A program made the translations under genes and the position numbers. Shown here piece after piece: positions 40,462 through 50,799 of a stretch of 64,000 nucleotides of DNA (position 1 is the first letter of the stretch; every line of letters begins with the position of its first letter). The notes under the pieces are model-generated. The model saw only the letters and a list, made by a program, of their open reading frames with translations. It was not told where the DNA came from and made no database searches. Origin of the DNA: an uncultured Granulosicoccaceae bacterium (GTDB lineage Bacteria > Pseudomonadota > Gammaproteobacteria > CALCKW01); NCBI GenBank assembly GCA_937925815.1, contig CALAMQ010000025.1, forward strand, positions 6,354 to 70,353, given 5' to 3'.

Positions 40462-40707
40462 TCAGTGCGCTGGCTCCTCGGGCGGAGGCATTTGCAAGTG
40501 AAAGCCTTGCGATTCGAGATTGGCAATGACATTGCCCGCGTCTTCTTGTGCAAGCGTGCGCTCTAGGTGTAAATCAAATTCCAGCACCTGCTCCAGCTCG
40601 CCAAGCTGTTCGAGCAATGCGGCGGGCACGCTCTGAAAATTGTCGGCCTCAGGCAGATACAGATAGCAGTCCGCTTTGCGCTTTCCTTTGTAGACAAAAC
40701 AATTCAT
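40462..40707 (-). CDS. ycgL: YcgL domain protein
   Basis: C.VYK..RK...YLY, VP..LL and QGFHLQMPP motifs. Confidence 0.9.
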   Translation of the reverse strand: MNCFVYKGKRKADCYLYLPEADNFQSVPAALLEQLGELEQVLEFDLHLERTLAQEDAGNVIANLESQGFHLQMPPPEEPAH

Positions 40708-40715
40708 GGTCAGAG

Positions 40716-41354
40716 TCAGTGGTTGTAGAGGTAGCTGCTCGCAAAGCGTTTGGCGTAGCGGCTGGCGAGATCAGCAGGCGCGGATTGTTGCACGTAGTCT
40801 AGAGCGAGCATCGCGTCTCGCCATTGCTGGCACTTTGGAAATGCCGCGAGCGATTCCCGCTCGTGGAGTGGCTCAGTCAGCGCCTGACGCACAAAGTAGG
40901 GTGCAAATGATGTGTCTGCGAGTGAGAACACCGAGCCGTTGAAATAGGGGCCGCCGCTGAGTTGGCGTTCAAGGTGGCCAAGCAAATTGTCGCGTTCGTC
41001 CATGATTGCGAGGTAGCTCGACTCGTCCTGCGCCGTGACAGACCGGTATCCGATGCCAATCAAATTGGAGGCGAATTCAATCCACGCACGGTTGTGAGCG
41101 CGCCTGAGTGGGTCGTCGGGGTGCAGCGGGGGCGCATGCGTTTCGTCGATGTACTCGTTGATCGCGGCAGATTCAAACAACACGGCATCGTTCACCCGCA
41201 ATAGCGGTACTTTTCCAAGCGGGGAAATGTCGGTGAACCACGCCGGTGGATTGTCGAGATCGATATACGTAATCTGGTGCTCAATGCCCTTTTTGAGCAG
41301 CGTGATCAGTGACCGCTGAACAAAGGGACACAAGTCAAAACTGACGAGTTCCAT
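40716..41354 (-). CDS. Glutathione S-transferase family protein
   Basis: CPFVQR, SPLGKVP and FESAAINEY motifs. Confidence 0.92.
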   Translation of the reverse strand: MELVSFDLCPFVQRSLITLLKKGIEHQITYIDLDNPPAWFTDISPLGKVPLLRVNDAVLFESAAINEYIDETHAPPLHPDDPLRRAHNRAWIEFASNLIGIGYRSVTAQDESSYLAIMDERDNLLGHLERQLSGGPYFNGSVFSLADTSFAPYFVRQALTEPLHERESLAAFPKCQQWRDAMLALDYVQQSAPADLASRYAKRFASSYLYNH

Positions 41355-41377
41355 GCCGGGTTCCGAGGGGTTGATCA

Positions 41378-41782
41378 ATGAGTGTTGATGCTACACCAAA
41401 AGCAGGTGTGCGGGTTGACAAGTGGCTCTGGGCTGCCCGATTTTTCAAGACGCGAGTACTGGCCACGGCGGCAGTGCGCGGCGGACATGTTCAAGTCGAT
41501 GGCGAGCGCGCCAAACCTGCGCGCTCGCTAAAAGTTGGGCAGATAGTGGTCATAGCAAAAGGCGAATTGCGGTTTGAGGTTGAAGTGCTTGGCCTGGCCG
41601 AGCGCAGAGGTTCAGCGCCTCTAGCTCAAACGCTCTACCAAGAGACGGAAGCCAGTTTGGCCGCGCGCGCCGAGGCCGAAGAGGCGCGTCGCGAGCGCCG
41701 ATTGCGCGGCCTCGAGCCTGCCACAGGCGCGCGCCCGGACAGGCGTGATCGCAAGGCGCGACAACAACTGCGCGACCGGTGA
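41378..41782 (+). CDS. hslR: Ribosome-associated heat shock protein Hsp15
   Basis: RVDKWLWAARFFKTR S4 domain, RRG.A..A..LY.ET and RPD. Confidence 0.92.
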   Translation: MSVDATPKAGVRVDKWLWAARFFKTRVLATAAVRGGHVQVDGERAKPARSLKVGQIVVIAKGELRFEVEVLGLAERRGSAPLAQTLYQETEASLAARAEAEEARRERRLRGLEPATGARPDRRDRKARQQLRDR

Positions 41783-41947
41783 ATTTGCTGCGACAGCGCA
41801 AGTCAGTCACCGAGTGTGGCCTCAGGTCGGTTGGAACCAATCGGTTTTTGAGCGCTAATTGTTCAAACGCTTACCGTATAATGTGCCGATACGGTGCGTG
41901 CCAGCGGCGCGCACAGTCGTACTTTGCACACTTTGAGGGCACTTTCT

Positions 41948-43141
41948 GTGACAGATATACCAGCCTCGGCGGCGGACACACTGTTTCTCTTGATAGGCGC
42001 GTGCATGGTGCTCGCGATGCACGCGGGCTTCGCGTTCTTAGAAGTTGGAACAGTGCGCGAGAAAAACCAGGTCAACGCGCTGTCCAAGATTTTCAGTGAC
42101 TTCGGTGTCAGCACCATCGCGTACTTTTTCATCGGTTATTACGTCGCCTACGGCGATCATTTCTTTGGCCCTGCAGCCGCGCTGACGGAGAAGAACGGCT
42201 ACGAGATGATGAAGTTCTTTTTCCTCGCAACATTTGCTGCGGCAATCCCGGCGATCATCTCCGGTGGTATTGCTGAGCGGGCCCGTTTTGGGCCGCAGTT
42301 GTTGGCGTCCTTTTTATTGGTCGCGTTGTGTTATCCGTTGTTCGAAGGGATGGTCTGGGGCAGCACCTTCAATTTTCAAGGTTGGGTCGAGGGCATCGCG
42401 GGCGTGGGCTTTCACGACTTTGCCGGGTCAATTGTGGTGCACGGCTTTGGTGGTTGGGTGGCATTGGTCGCTGTGCTTTTGCTCGGCGCGCGGCAGGGGC
42501 GTTACACCGCTGATGGCGGACTGATGTTGGCGCACCCGCCCTCGAGCATTCCCTTTCTTGCCCTGGGTTCGTGGGTGCTCACTGTTGGGTGGTTCGGTTT
42601 TAACGTGATGTCTGCGCAAGCCGTCGAGGGCATCAGTGGTCTCGTCGCACTCAATTCGTTGATGGCAATGGTCGGTGGTCTGCTTGCCGCGCTGGTTGTC
42701 GGACGCAATGATCCAGGCTTTTTACACAATGGCCCGCTCGCTGGGTTGGTCGCAGTGTGCGCGGGATCTGATCTGATGCACCCAATTGGCGCGCTGGTGA
42801 CTGGCGGCGTCGCTGGAGCGCTTTTCGTCTGGGCTTTTACCGCGACGCAGAATCGGTTCAAGATTGACGATGTGCTCGGCGTTTGGCCTCTGCACGGGTT
42901 GTGCGGAGTGTGGGGTGCCATCGCATGCGGCATCTTCGGTGCCGAATCCCTCGGTGGGCTCGGCGGTGTCTCGTTGCTGGCACAGTTGATTGGCACTGTT
43001 GCCGGCGTGGCCTTTGCGGTGGTGTCTGGCCTCTTGGTCTACGGTGGGATCAAATTGCTGATCGGGCTGCGCCTGAGTGACGAAGAAGAGTACGAGGGCG
43101 CCGATTTGAGTGTCCACAAAATTTCAGCCACACCGCGCTGA
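41948..43141 (+). CDS. amt: Ammonium transporter
   Basis: MHAGFAFLE, SGGIAER, DFAGSIVVH, GWFGFN and DDVLGVWPLH (twin His); GAGG before GTG 41948. Confidence 0.94.
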   Translation: MTDIPASAADTLFLLIGACMVLAMHAGFAFLEVGTVREKNQVNALSKIFSDFGVSTIAYFFIGYYVAYGDHFFGPAAALTEKNGYEMMKFFFLATFAAAIPAIISGGIAERARFGPQLLASFLLVALCYPLFEGMVWGSTFNFQGWVEGIAGVGFHDFAGSIVVHGFGGWVALVAVLLLGARQGRYTADGGLMLAHPPSSIPFLALGSWVLTVGWFGFNVMSAQAVEGISGLVALNSLMAMVGGLLAALVVGRNDPGFLHNGPLAGLVAVCAGSDLMHPIGALVTGGVAGALFVWAFTATQNRFKIDDVLGVWPLHGLCGVWGAIACGIFGAESLGGLGGVSLLAQLIGTVAGVAFAVVSGLLVYGGIKLLIGLRLSDEEEYEGADLSVHKISATPR

Positions 43142-43151
43142 TGCGCATTGA

Positions 43152-43508
<357 letters not shown>

Positions 43509-43663
43509 CTGGCGCGTTTTTGATTCCCTTGCGCTGCGTGGGGTCGGAAGGCATTGCGGCTGCCCCACAATCCAAGGGGCAGAGGCTTATTAGTGCTAGA
43601 CTGAGGTTTTTTGTCGGCCGCTTTTCCGGTCGCTTTTCATAAACCTTCCGGTGCTATGCAAAC

Positions 43664-45055
43664 GTGATAAAACGCCTCATTGGCAAGATGCTCAAGCGCA
43701 AGCCGCGCAACGCGGCGGCGCTGGGCGAGCCTGTCGTGGTTCCGCGAGACCAACACAAGGTCTCGCGTAAGCAACTCTCGCCGAATGCGCTCAAAGTGCT
43801 CTACCGCCTTCGCGATCAAGGCTACGACGCCTATCTCGTTGGTGGTTGTATCCGCGACGCGCTGTTGGGCCTCAAGCCCAAAGATTTTGATGTCGCCACC
43901 AGCGCGAGTCCAGATGACGTGCGCGACGCGTTTCGCAACTGCCGATTGGTCGGCCGGCGCTTTCGCTTGGCACACATACTCTTTGGCCGCGAAGTGATTG
44001 AGGTTGCAACCTTCCGTGCCAACCACAACGCTGAAACCGCTGTCGACGATGCAGGGCGTATCCTTCGCGACAACGTGTTTGGCACCATAGAAGATGACGC
44101 GATCAGGCGTGACTTTACCGTCAACGCACTCTACTACGACGTCAGTAACTTCACCGTGATTGATTACGTTGGCGGCATGCAAGACCTTGAGGCGCGGCAG
44201 ATTCGCCTGCTTGGTGACCCGGATGTACGCTATCGCGAAGACCCGGTGCGCGCGTTGCGCGCGGCTCGATTTGCCGCCAAGCTCGGTTTCGAAATTGAAC
44301 CGGCCACCGCAGCACCGCTGGCTGAAGTGGGGCGGTTGCTCGCCGACATACCGCCAGCGCGATTGTTTGAGGAAGTGCTGAAGCTCTTCCAAGGTGGTTA
44401 CGCAGTCGCCTCACTTGAGAAATTGCGCGAATACGATTTGCTGCAATTTTTGTTTCCAAGCGTCGACGAGCGGCTGCACCGTGGCGAGCCTCTGGCCACC
44501 GCGCTGTGTGAGCGTGCTCTGGCCAACACCGACGCACGTGTGCTCGAAGAAAAGCCGATTACACCGGCTTTTCTGTATGCGGCGCTGTTGTGGCCAGACG
44601 TGCAAGAGCACTACGAGTCAAACCTCGCCAACGGTGACATGCCTCCCATACCCGCGATGCACGCTGCCACCGATACTGTGCTCGCGGAGCAACTACGCAT
44701 AACCGCGTTGCCAAAGCGTTTCTCAGCAGTGGTGCGTGAGATTTGGACACTGCAACCCCGGCTCGAACGGTATAAAGGCAAGCGAGCCACTAAGGCGATG
44801 GAAAGCCCCCGCTTTCGTGCCGGTTATGACCTCTTGTGTTTGCGTGCCGCGGCCGGTGAGCCGCTCGACGAATTGGCGACCTGGTGGACCGAGATTCAGA
44901 CCGGTGAAGAGGCGGAGCGCGCGCGATTGGTCCGTGAAGAGACTGCTGCGCGACAGAGGGAAGAGGGTCGTCGTAACAACCGTCGAGGCGGGCGGCGCCG
45001 AGGTGGTGGTGGCAACCGCAAACGCGGTGGCGGACGCGCCGAAAACGCCAGTTGA
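43664..45055 (+). CDS. pcnB: Poly(A) polymerase I
   Basis: VGGCIRD..LG..PKDFD, LVGRRFRLAH signature, RRDFTVN and EDPVR; upstream of folK. Confidence 0.95.
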   Translation: MIKRLIGKMLKRKPRNAAALGEPVVVPRDQHKVSRKQLSPNALKVLYRLRDQGYDAYLVGGCIRDALLGLKPKDFDVATSASPDDVRDAFRNCRLVGRRFRLAHILFGREVIEVATFRANHNAETAVDDAGRILRDNVFGTIEDDAIRRDFTVNALYYDVSNFTVIDYVGGMQDLEARQIRLLGDPDVRYREDPVRALRAARFAAKLGFEIEPATAAPLAEVGRLLADIPPARLFEEVLKLFQGGYAVASLEKLREYDLLQFLFPSVDERLHRGEPLATALCERALANTDARVLEEKPITPAFLYAALLWPDVQEHYESNLANGDMPPIPAMHAATDTVLAEQLRITALPKRFSAVVREIWTLQPRLERYKGKRATKAMESPRFRAGYDLLCLRAAAGEPLDELATWWTEIQTGEEAERARLVREETAARQREEGRRNNRRGGRRRGGGGNRKRGGGRAENAS

Positions 45056-45061
45056 TTCACA

Positions 45062-45550
45062 GTGGTTCGGGCTTGTATTGCACTCGGTAGCAATCTCGAT
45101 AACCCGCGCGCTCAGGTGGAGCGCGCAGTGCGCGCGCTGCGTGATCACCCGAATCTTGAGTGGCTTGGTTGCTCTCGCCTGTACGGCAGTCTGCCGGTAG
45201 GTCCAAGCCAACCCAATTATGTTAACGCTGCAGTTGCGGTGCGTACGGAGCTTGATCCGCTTGCATTGCTCGATGTTCTGCAGGCACAAGAGGCAGCACA
45301 ATTGCGTCGGCGCGATGGCGAACGCTGGGTCGCGCGCACCCTCGACCTCGATCTACTCCTGTACGGTGACGCCGTTATAGATTTGGCGCGGTTACAGGTG
45401 CCGCATCCTCGCCTCACAGAGCGCGAGTTTGCTTTGCGCCCACTGAATGATGTGTGTCCAGAATGTATCGTGGCAGGTACGGGCGAATCAGTGGCTACAC
45501 ACTTGGCGCGACAACCACAGGATATGGACGCGGTGTGGTTGCTCGATTGA
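45062..45550 (+). CDS. folK: 2-amino-4-hydroxy-6-hydroxymethyldihydropteridine diphosphokinase
   Basis: ALGSNL, QPNYVNA, RTLDLDLL and VPHPR motifs. Confidence 0.95.
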   Translation: MVRACIALGSNLDNPRAQVERAVRALRDHPNLEWLGCSRLYGSLPVGPSQPNYVNAAVAVRTELDPLALLDVLQAQEAAQLRRRDGERWVARTLDLDLLLYGDAVIDLARLQVPHPRLTEREFALRPLNDVCPECIVAGTGESVATHLARQPQDMDAVWLLD

Positions 45551-45702
45551 TGCAGGGTATTTCGGTGTGTTGCAAAGTTGCGACGGATGGCGCGTGAGAA
45601 GCATGTTCCCAACGCGTTGGGTCGCTAAAAGGAATTGAGAGGCGACTGCTGAGCGCTGAACCCAGCCAAGCTGAGTGCCCCACTCAACTTGGATGAAAAA
45701 AC

Positions 45703-45966
45703 ATGTCTCGCTTTATCAAAACTCTCACAGCTACTGTGTTGCTTGCCTTTGCCTCTCTCGCGCAGGCCGCTTCAGTGAATATCAATACCGCTTCTGCCGA
45801 CGAACTGGCAAACGCGCTCAATGGCATTGGGTTAGCTAAGGCCAACGCCATCGTTGAGTTTCGCGACAGCAACGGCGCGTTTGTGTCGATTGAGGACATC
45901 GTTCTCGTCAATGGCATTGGTGATGCCCTGCTCGAGCGCAACCGAGAGCAAATCGTTATTGAGTAA
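45703..45966 (+). CDS. ComEA/YbaV-like periplasmic HhH DNA-binding protein
   Basis: Signal peptide; VNINTA...L.GIG..KA..IV..R...G.F and V.GIG. Confidence 0.9.
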   Translation: MSRFIKTLTATVLLAFASLAQAASVNINTASADELANALNGIGLAKANAIVEFRDSNGAFVSIEDIVLVNGIGDALLERNREQIVIE

Positions 45967-46209
45967 ATTCGAGGTGCGTTGTCTGCGGGTCCGGTTTTGT
46001 CCGGGTGCGGCCTTGTCATATATTGAGGGAAGACGAGGTATGTGCCCGGTTTCAATCGGGCCCGCAGCCCTTTAGGCGCGGCTGTGTTGTGATGCCAAGT
46101 GCCGTGGGCTGTTCAACCGGTTGAAGCGGGGTCCACCTATGAGCACGGGCTCCGCGCAGCTTCGCACCCGAGCCCAAAGGTAGGTCCGGGTGCGGGTGCC
46201 GCGTCTGTA

Positions 46210-47397
46210 TTAGAGGCGCTCGAAGGCAACGGCAATGCCTTGGCCGCCGCCGATGCACATGGTGCACAGTGCACGCTTGCCGCCAGTGCGGATCAGTTCG
46301 TGAATGGCTTTGGTCGCAATCACGGTGCCGGTGGCGCCAATGGGGTGGCCGATAGAAATGCCGCTGCCGTTCGGATTGGTTTTCTCAAGTGGCAGATCGA
46401 GGTCCTTGCACACTGCAAGCGCTTGCGATGCAAAGGCTTCATTGACTTCAAAGACGTCAAAGTCTGATATGCCAAGTCCTGTTTTCTCCAGCAGTTTCTT
46501 GACCGCTGGCACTGGCCCAATGCCCATGTAGGCGGGCTCGACCCCTGCGTGCGAGTACCCGATAAGGCGTGCAAGCGGTTTGGCGCCCAATGCCTTGGCT
46601 CGTGCTGCGTCGGCGAGTACCAGGGCTGCGGCGGCATCGTTGATGCCCGAGGCGTTGCCAGCGGTAACGGTGCCGTCTTTCTTAAACACGGTCCTGAGTT
46701 TGGCCATACCCTCGACTGTTGCATCTTCGCGGATGTGTTCATCGCGGTCAAAAACAATGTCGCCTTTCCGAGTCTTGCGCACAACGGGGGTGATCTGTCC
46801 GGCAAAGCGGTCTTCGGCCCAAGCGCGTGCGGCGCGCTGGTGGCTCTCAACTGCGAAAGCGTCTTGTTCCTCGCGGCTGATGCCCCATTTCTCCGCGATG
46901 TTCTCAGCGGTCACACCCATGTGGATGTTCTCAAAGGGGTCGTGCAAGGCGGCGAGCATCGCATCGAGCATCTGACCATCGCCCATGCGCTGTCCCCAGC
47001 GTGCGTTGGTCAGCCAGTAGGGCGCGCGGCTCATGTTCTCGGCACCACCAGCTAAGGTCACACTGCTGTGGCCGGTTTCGATTTGTTGCGCGGCGGAGAC
47101 GATTGCCTGCAATCCGCTTCCACACAATCGGTTGAGCGTGAAGGCGGGTGTCTCGATAGGCAGGCCGCCCTCGACGGTGGCAACGCGAGAGAGGTAGGCG
47201 TCACGCGCCTCGGTGTGGACCACGTTGCCAAAAACGACGTGCTCAACGCTCTCGGCTGCAATTCCCGCGCGCTCAACCGATTCGCGAACCACTTGCGCCG
47301 CGAGCGCGGTGGGCGGGCTGTCCTTGAGCCCACCGCCAAAAGTGCCCACTGCTGTGCGCACGGCGCTCAATACTACGATGTCGTGTTGCTCAGTCAT
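46210..47397 (-). CDS. bktB: Acetyl-CoA C-acyltransferase (beta-ketothiolase, BktB-like)
   Basis: NRLCGSGLQ, NEAFA, GHPIGATG and MCIGGGQG motifs. Confidence 0.85.
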   Translation of the reverse strand: MTEQHDIVVLSAVRTAVGTFGGGLKDSPPTALAAQVVRESVERAGIAAESVEHVVFGNVVHTEARDAYLSRVATVEGGLPIETPAFTLNRLCGSGLQAIVSAAQQIETGHSSVTLAGGAENMSRAPYWLTNARWGQRMGDGQMLDAMLAALHDPFENIHMGVTAENIAEKWGISREEQDAFAVESHQRAARAWAEDRFAGQITPVVRKTRKGDIVFDRDEHIREDATVEGMAKLRTVFKKDGTVTAGNASGINDAAAALVLADAARAKALGAKPLARLIGYSHAGVEPAYMGIGPVPAVKKLLEKTGLGISDFDVFEVNEAFASQALAVCKDLDLPLEKTNPNGSGISIGHPIGATGTVIATKAIHELIRTGGKRALCTMCIGGGQGIAVAFERL

Positions 47398-47518
47398 GGT
47401 GTCCCGCCTCGTGGTAGCAAAAGTGCATTCTAACGGTTGTTCCACACACAGTGCTGCTCGGGGTGAGCAGCGCTATGCTTAACAGGGTTGTTTACAGACC
47501 CATACTGCAGCTAGGCAG

Positions 47519-49324
47519 GTGAAAGTGAACAAAAATGCCACAAACGGATTGCCCAGCGACGCTTCTGAGCCGCCTTCGGGTTGGCACTGGCTCGACCCGG
47601 CGCGTGTTCGATTGTTTGCCGTGGCGCTCTTGGTCGGTGTGGTGGTCGCGTCCACAACGGCGATGCTGATTGCGGGCATCAGCGCTGTGCAAGCGGTGTT
47701 CTTCGGCAGCGGTGATGAGAGATTCTTCGCCACCTTGCTCAGTTATGCACCGTGGTGGCGAGTGATGCTCGCACCGGTGATCGGAGGGCTGATTGTCGGT
47801 GTGTTGATCTACGGACTGCCCGGTCGTCGCTATCACGGTATTTCTGATGTGATGGAAGCGTGTGCGTTTCGTGGCGGTCGCATGGATGTGCGCTCCGGGA
47901 TCGGTGCCGCCAGCGCCGCTGTGGTCTCACTCGGTGCGGGGGCGTCGGTTGGTCGCGAAGGGCCGGCTGTGCACATTGGGGCGTCTGTGTCAGCGTGGAT
48001 TGCCGACAAACTCGGTCTCAGCTCGCGGCACGCACTCACGCTGCTCGGTTGTGGTGCGGCAGCTGCCGTCACAGCGTCATTCAACGCACCCTTGGCGGGT
48101 GTGTTGTTCGCGCTCGAAGTGGTGGTGGGGTATTACACGCTGAGCGTCTTCGGCCCGATTGTGGTGGCGTCGATGGGCGCGTTGGTGATGACGCAGTTCT
48201 TGCAGGGCCACAGCGGTACTTTGTTCACCATTCCAAGCATGACCCTCTCGAGTTACTGGGAGCTGCCGCTTTTCGCTCTGGTTGGTATTTGTGCGGCGGG
48301 CTGCACTGTGGCGTTGGTCTATGGCGTTCAAACGGTTCAACGTGCGCACGCACGCTGTGCTGTGCCGCTCTGGTTGCGACCAGCCATCGGTGGCTTGGTG
48401 GTTGGGATTGTCGCGCTCCAGGTGCCCTATGCCTTGGGCGTTGGCTACCAGACAACGGATCTCGCACTCAAGGGCGCGCTGACCACCCAAACCGGTCTGT
48501 GGCTCAGTGTGATCTTGCTCGCCAAACTCTTGGCAACAGCGGTCTCGCTCGGCTCTGGCTTTGCTGGTGGGGTGTTCAGCCCGGCCCTGGTGCTCGGTGC
48601 CGTGCTTGGAACCTTACTCGGCAGCAGCTTTGCTGCGGTGTTGCCAGGCGCCGTGTCGATAGAGCCTGTCTACGCGATGGTGGGGATGGCGGCGGTCGCC
48701 TCGAGCACACTCGGTGCGCCAATCTCAACCATATTGATTGTGTTTGAGCTCACTGGAAATTACGGTGTGGTGGTGGCAGTGATGTTGGCGTCGGCGGTGG
48801 CCAGTAGCTGCATGGGTTTTGCGCCGTTTAGATCGTTCTTCCGCTGGCAGTTGCAAAGCCGAGGCGTCAATATTGTTGCTGGCCGTGATCAGAGTTTGTT
48901 GCGCACTGAGACTGTCGATGCACTTGTCACCGACAACTACTGCGAGATTGCTGAACACGACACCCTATTGCAAGTCGAGATCAAAGTGAGTCGTGGGCGT
49001 AATCACGCGGTGGTGATGCTCGACGACGCGAATCGCTTCCTCGGCAGTGCGACCTTGCGGGATTTGATCCGCCTCGACGACGACGGCAAGCCCTACCCGG
49101 TGCGCGATCAGCTTCGCGGTGAGGACGCTGTACTCTCGTCAGGCACCAGTTTAAGAGGTGCACTGGATGCGCTTGCGAGTCACGCTGGTGATTTTTTGCC
49201 GGTTGTCGAGCGCGATGACGCTGGAGTTGCCCGAGTGCTCGGGGTGGTGTCGTACAGCGATGTCCTCGCGCGTTACAACGAGTTGCTAAAGCAAGCGCGC
49301 GCCGAAGAATTCGGCGTTACTTAG
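47519..49324 (+). CDS. CLC family chloride channel/transporter with CBS pair
   Basis: GREGP, FNAPLAG, GGVFSP and GAPIST motifs; C-terminal CBS domains. Confidence 0.93.
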   Translation: MKVNKNATNGLPSDASEPPSGWHWLDPARVRLFAVALLVGVVVASTTAMLIAGISAVQAVFFGSGDERFFATLLSYAPWWRVMLAPVIGGLIVGVLIYGLPGRRYHGISDVMEACAFRGGRMDVRSGIGAASAAVVSLGAGASVGREGPAVHIGASVSAWIADKLGLSSRHALTLLGCGAAAAVTASFNAPLAGVLFALEVVVGYYTLSVFGPIVVASMGALVMTQFLQGHSGTLFTIPSMTLSSYWELPLFALVGICAAGCTVALVYGVQTVQRAHARCAVPLWLRPAIGGLVVGIVALQVPYALGVGYQTTDLALKGALTTQTGLWLSVILLAKLLATAVSLGSGFAGGVFSPALVLGAVLGTLLGSSFAAVLPGAVSIEPVYAMVGMAAVASSTLGAPISTILIVFELTGNYGVVVAVMLASAVASSCMGFAPFRSFFRWQLQSRGVNIVAGRDQSLLRTETVDALVTDNYCEIAEHDTLLQVEIKVSRGRNHAVVMLDDANRFLGSATLRDLIRLDDDGKPYPVRDQLRGEDAVLSSGTSLRGALDALASHAGDFLPVVERDDAGVARVLGVVSYSDVLARYNELLKQARAEEFGVT

Positions 49325-49378
49325 TCGCGCACAGAGGCGGCGCCCAGTGGGCCGCCTCGTCTCGTTGCCCCAATGCGG

Positions 49379-50689
49379 TTATTCAGTCGGTGTGTCGTGG
49401 AACGTGCCGTCAACACCGAAAAACTGCGTGCCGTCCTGGTTGTAAAAACGCGTGGCACCCGCTGCCTGCAAGGCTGCGAGCATTTTCGGCACGGGCTTGC
49501 CCTCGGCTGCGAGCCGCTCGGCAAAGCGCGCGGGGCCAATGCGATCAAGCATTTCAAACGGGCCTTGCGCCCAGCCAAAACCCCAGCGCATGGCACGGTC
49601 GACGTTGACGATGTCATCGGCGATATCCGGTACGAGATCGGCCGCGTAGGCGAGGGTGCCGCCCATCTGCGCCCAGACAAACTGGCCCTCGGGCGAATTT
49701 GCAAACATGGCGCTGCTGAGGTCGTGCAGTGATTCGTCCAGCGTGACCTCGCGTTTGGCGCGCCAGGCACCAGTGCCGAGATCGTAGGTCTCCATGCTGC
49801 GGTTACCGTCTGCGTCTTTTTGCATGCGGTAGAAGCCACCTCCGGTCTTGCGACCCAGCTGACCCGCTTCGAAGAGGGCTTGCTCTTCGGCTGGGAAAGC
49901 CGCGTACTCGTGCCCGACATCTCCCGCTGGCAAGTTGGCGGTCAGGTTCTTGGCCACCAGTGCCATCACGTCTAGGCCGATCAGGTCCACAAGGCCATAG
50001 AGTCCGGTCGGTGGGAAGCCCATAGGCTTGGACATGAGCGCGTCCACGGTCTCCTGATCAAGCCCGTCGTCGCGCATGGCTTTGCCGATGTGCAAGCCCG
50101 CCAGCATCCAGTAACAGCCGATGCGGTTACCAATGAAATTGACGGTGTCTTTGGCGTAGACCACGCCCTTGCCGAGGCGACCGCCACAGAAATCGGCGAC
50201 GCGCGCGCTGAGGTCCGGGTTTGCAGCGTCAGAGGGCACAAACTCCAAAAGGCGCATGATGTGCGGCGGATTGAAAAAGTGCGTGACGGCCATGTCAGCT
50301 TGCAGCCGAGCTGGCATGCCATCGAGGATATCGCGCAGCGGAATGCCTGAAGTGTTGGTGGTGACCAGCGAGCCGTCTTTGCGCGCCGCCTCTACGCGGC
50401 TGAAGAAACTGCGCTTGATCTCGAGGTTCTCCACGATGGCCTCGCAGACCCAATCAGCGTCGGCGATGTGTTGCTCGAGGTCGTCGATGCTGCCGGCGCG
50501 CAAGTTGGCGAAGTGTTCCTCGGCGAGCGCGGGCCGTTTGCCTGCACCGAGTCGGTCAATCCCAGCTTGCGCGGTCTCAGTTTGCAGGTCCAGCAACGCG
50601 ACCTCGCAGCCAGCCGCCGCGCAAATGCCGGCGATACCCGCGCCCATGGTACCGGCGCCGACGACGACGACCTTATTGATTGCTGACAT
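49379..50689 (-). CDS. 3-hydroxyacyl-CoA dehydrogenase
   Basis: GAGTMG, EAIVE, TNTSGIP, HFFNPP, FIGNRIG and duplicated C-terminal dimerisation domain (DRAMRWGFGW..GPFE). Confidence 0.92.
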   Translation of the reverse strand: MSAINKVVVVGAGTMGAGIAGICAAAGCEVALLDLQTETAQAGIDRLGAGKRPALAEEHFANLRAGSIDDLEQHIADADWVCEAIVENLEIKRSFFSRVEAARKDGSLVTTNTSGIPLRDILDGMPARLQADMAVTHFFNPPHIMRLLEFVPSDAANPDLSARVADFCGGRLGKGVVYAKDTVNFIGNRIGCYWMLAGLHIGKAMRDDGLDQETVDALMSKPMGFPPTGLYGLVDLIGLDVMALVAKNLTANLPAGDVGHEYAAFPAEEQALFEAGQLGRKTGGGFYRMQKDADGNRSMETYDLGTGAWRAKREVTLDESLHDLSSAMFANSPEGQFVWAQMGGTLAYAADLVPDIADDIVNVDRAMRWGFGWAQGPFEMLDRIGPARFAERLAAEGKPVPKMLAALQAAGATRFYNQDGTQFFGVDGTFHDTPTE

Positions 50690-50799
50690 GCGAGTTCCCC
50701 GTGTGAATTCGGTAAAACCGCTATTTTGAGGGCGCGAAACCCTAGCCGCAAGCAAGCGAGACGTTAAACTGAGCGCTTTGCAGCCACACGACACACTCG

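Noticed and set aside
45967-46209. Intergenic hairpins and a tiny ORF (MCPVSIGPAAL) between comEA and the thiolase
   Set aside because: Consistent with ordinary terminator-like structure between convergent genes; no support for coding or a known ncRNA
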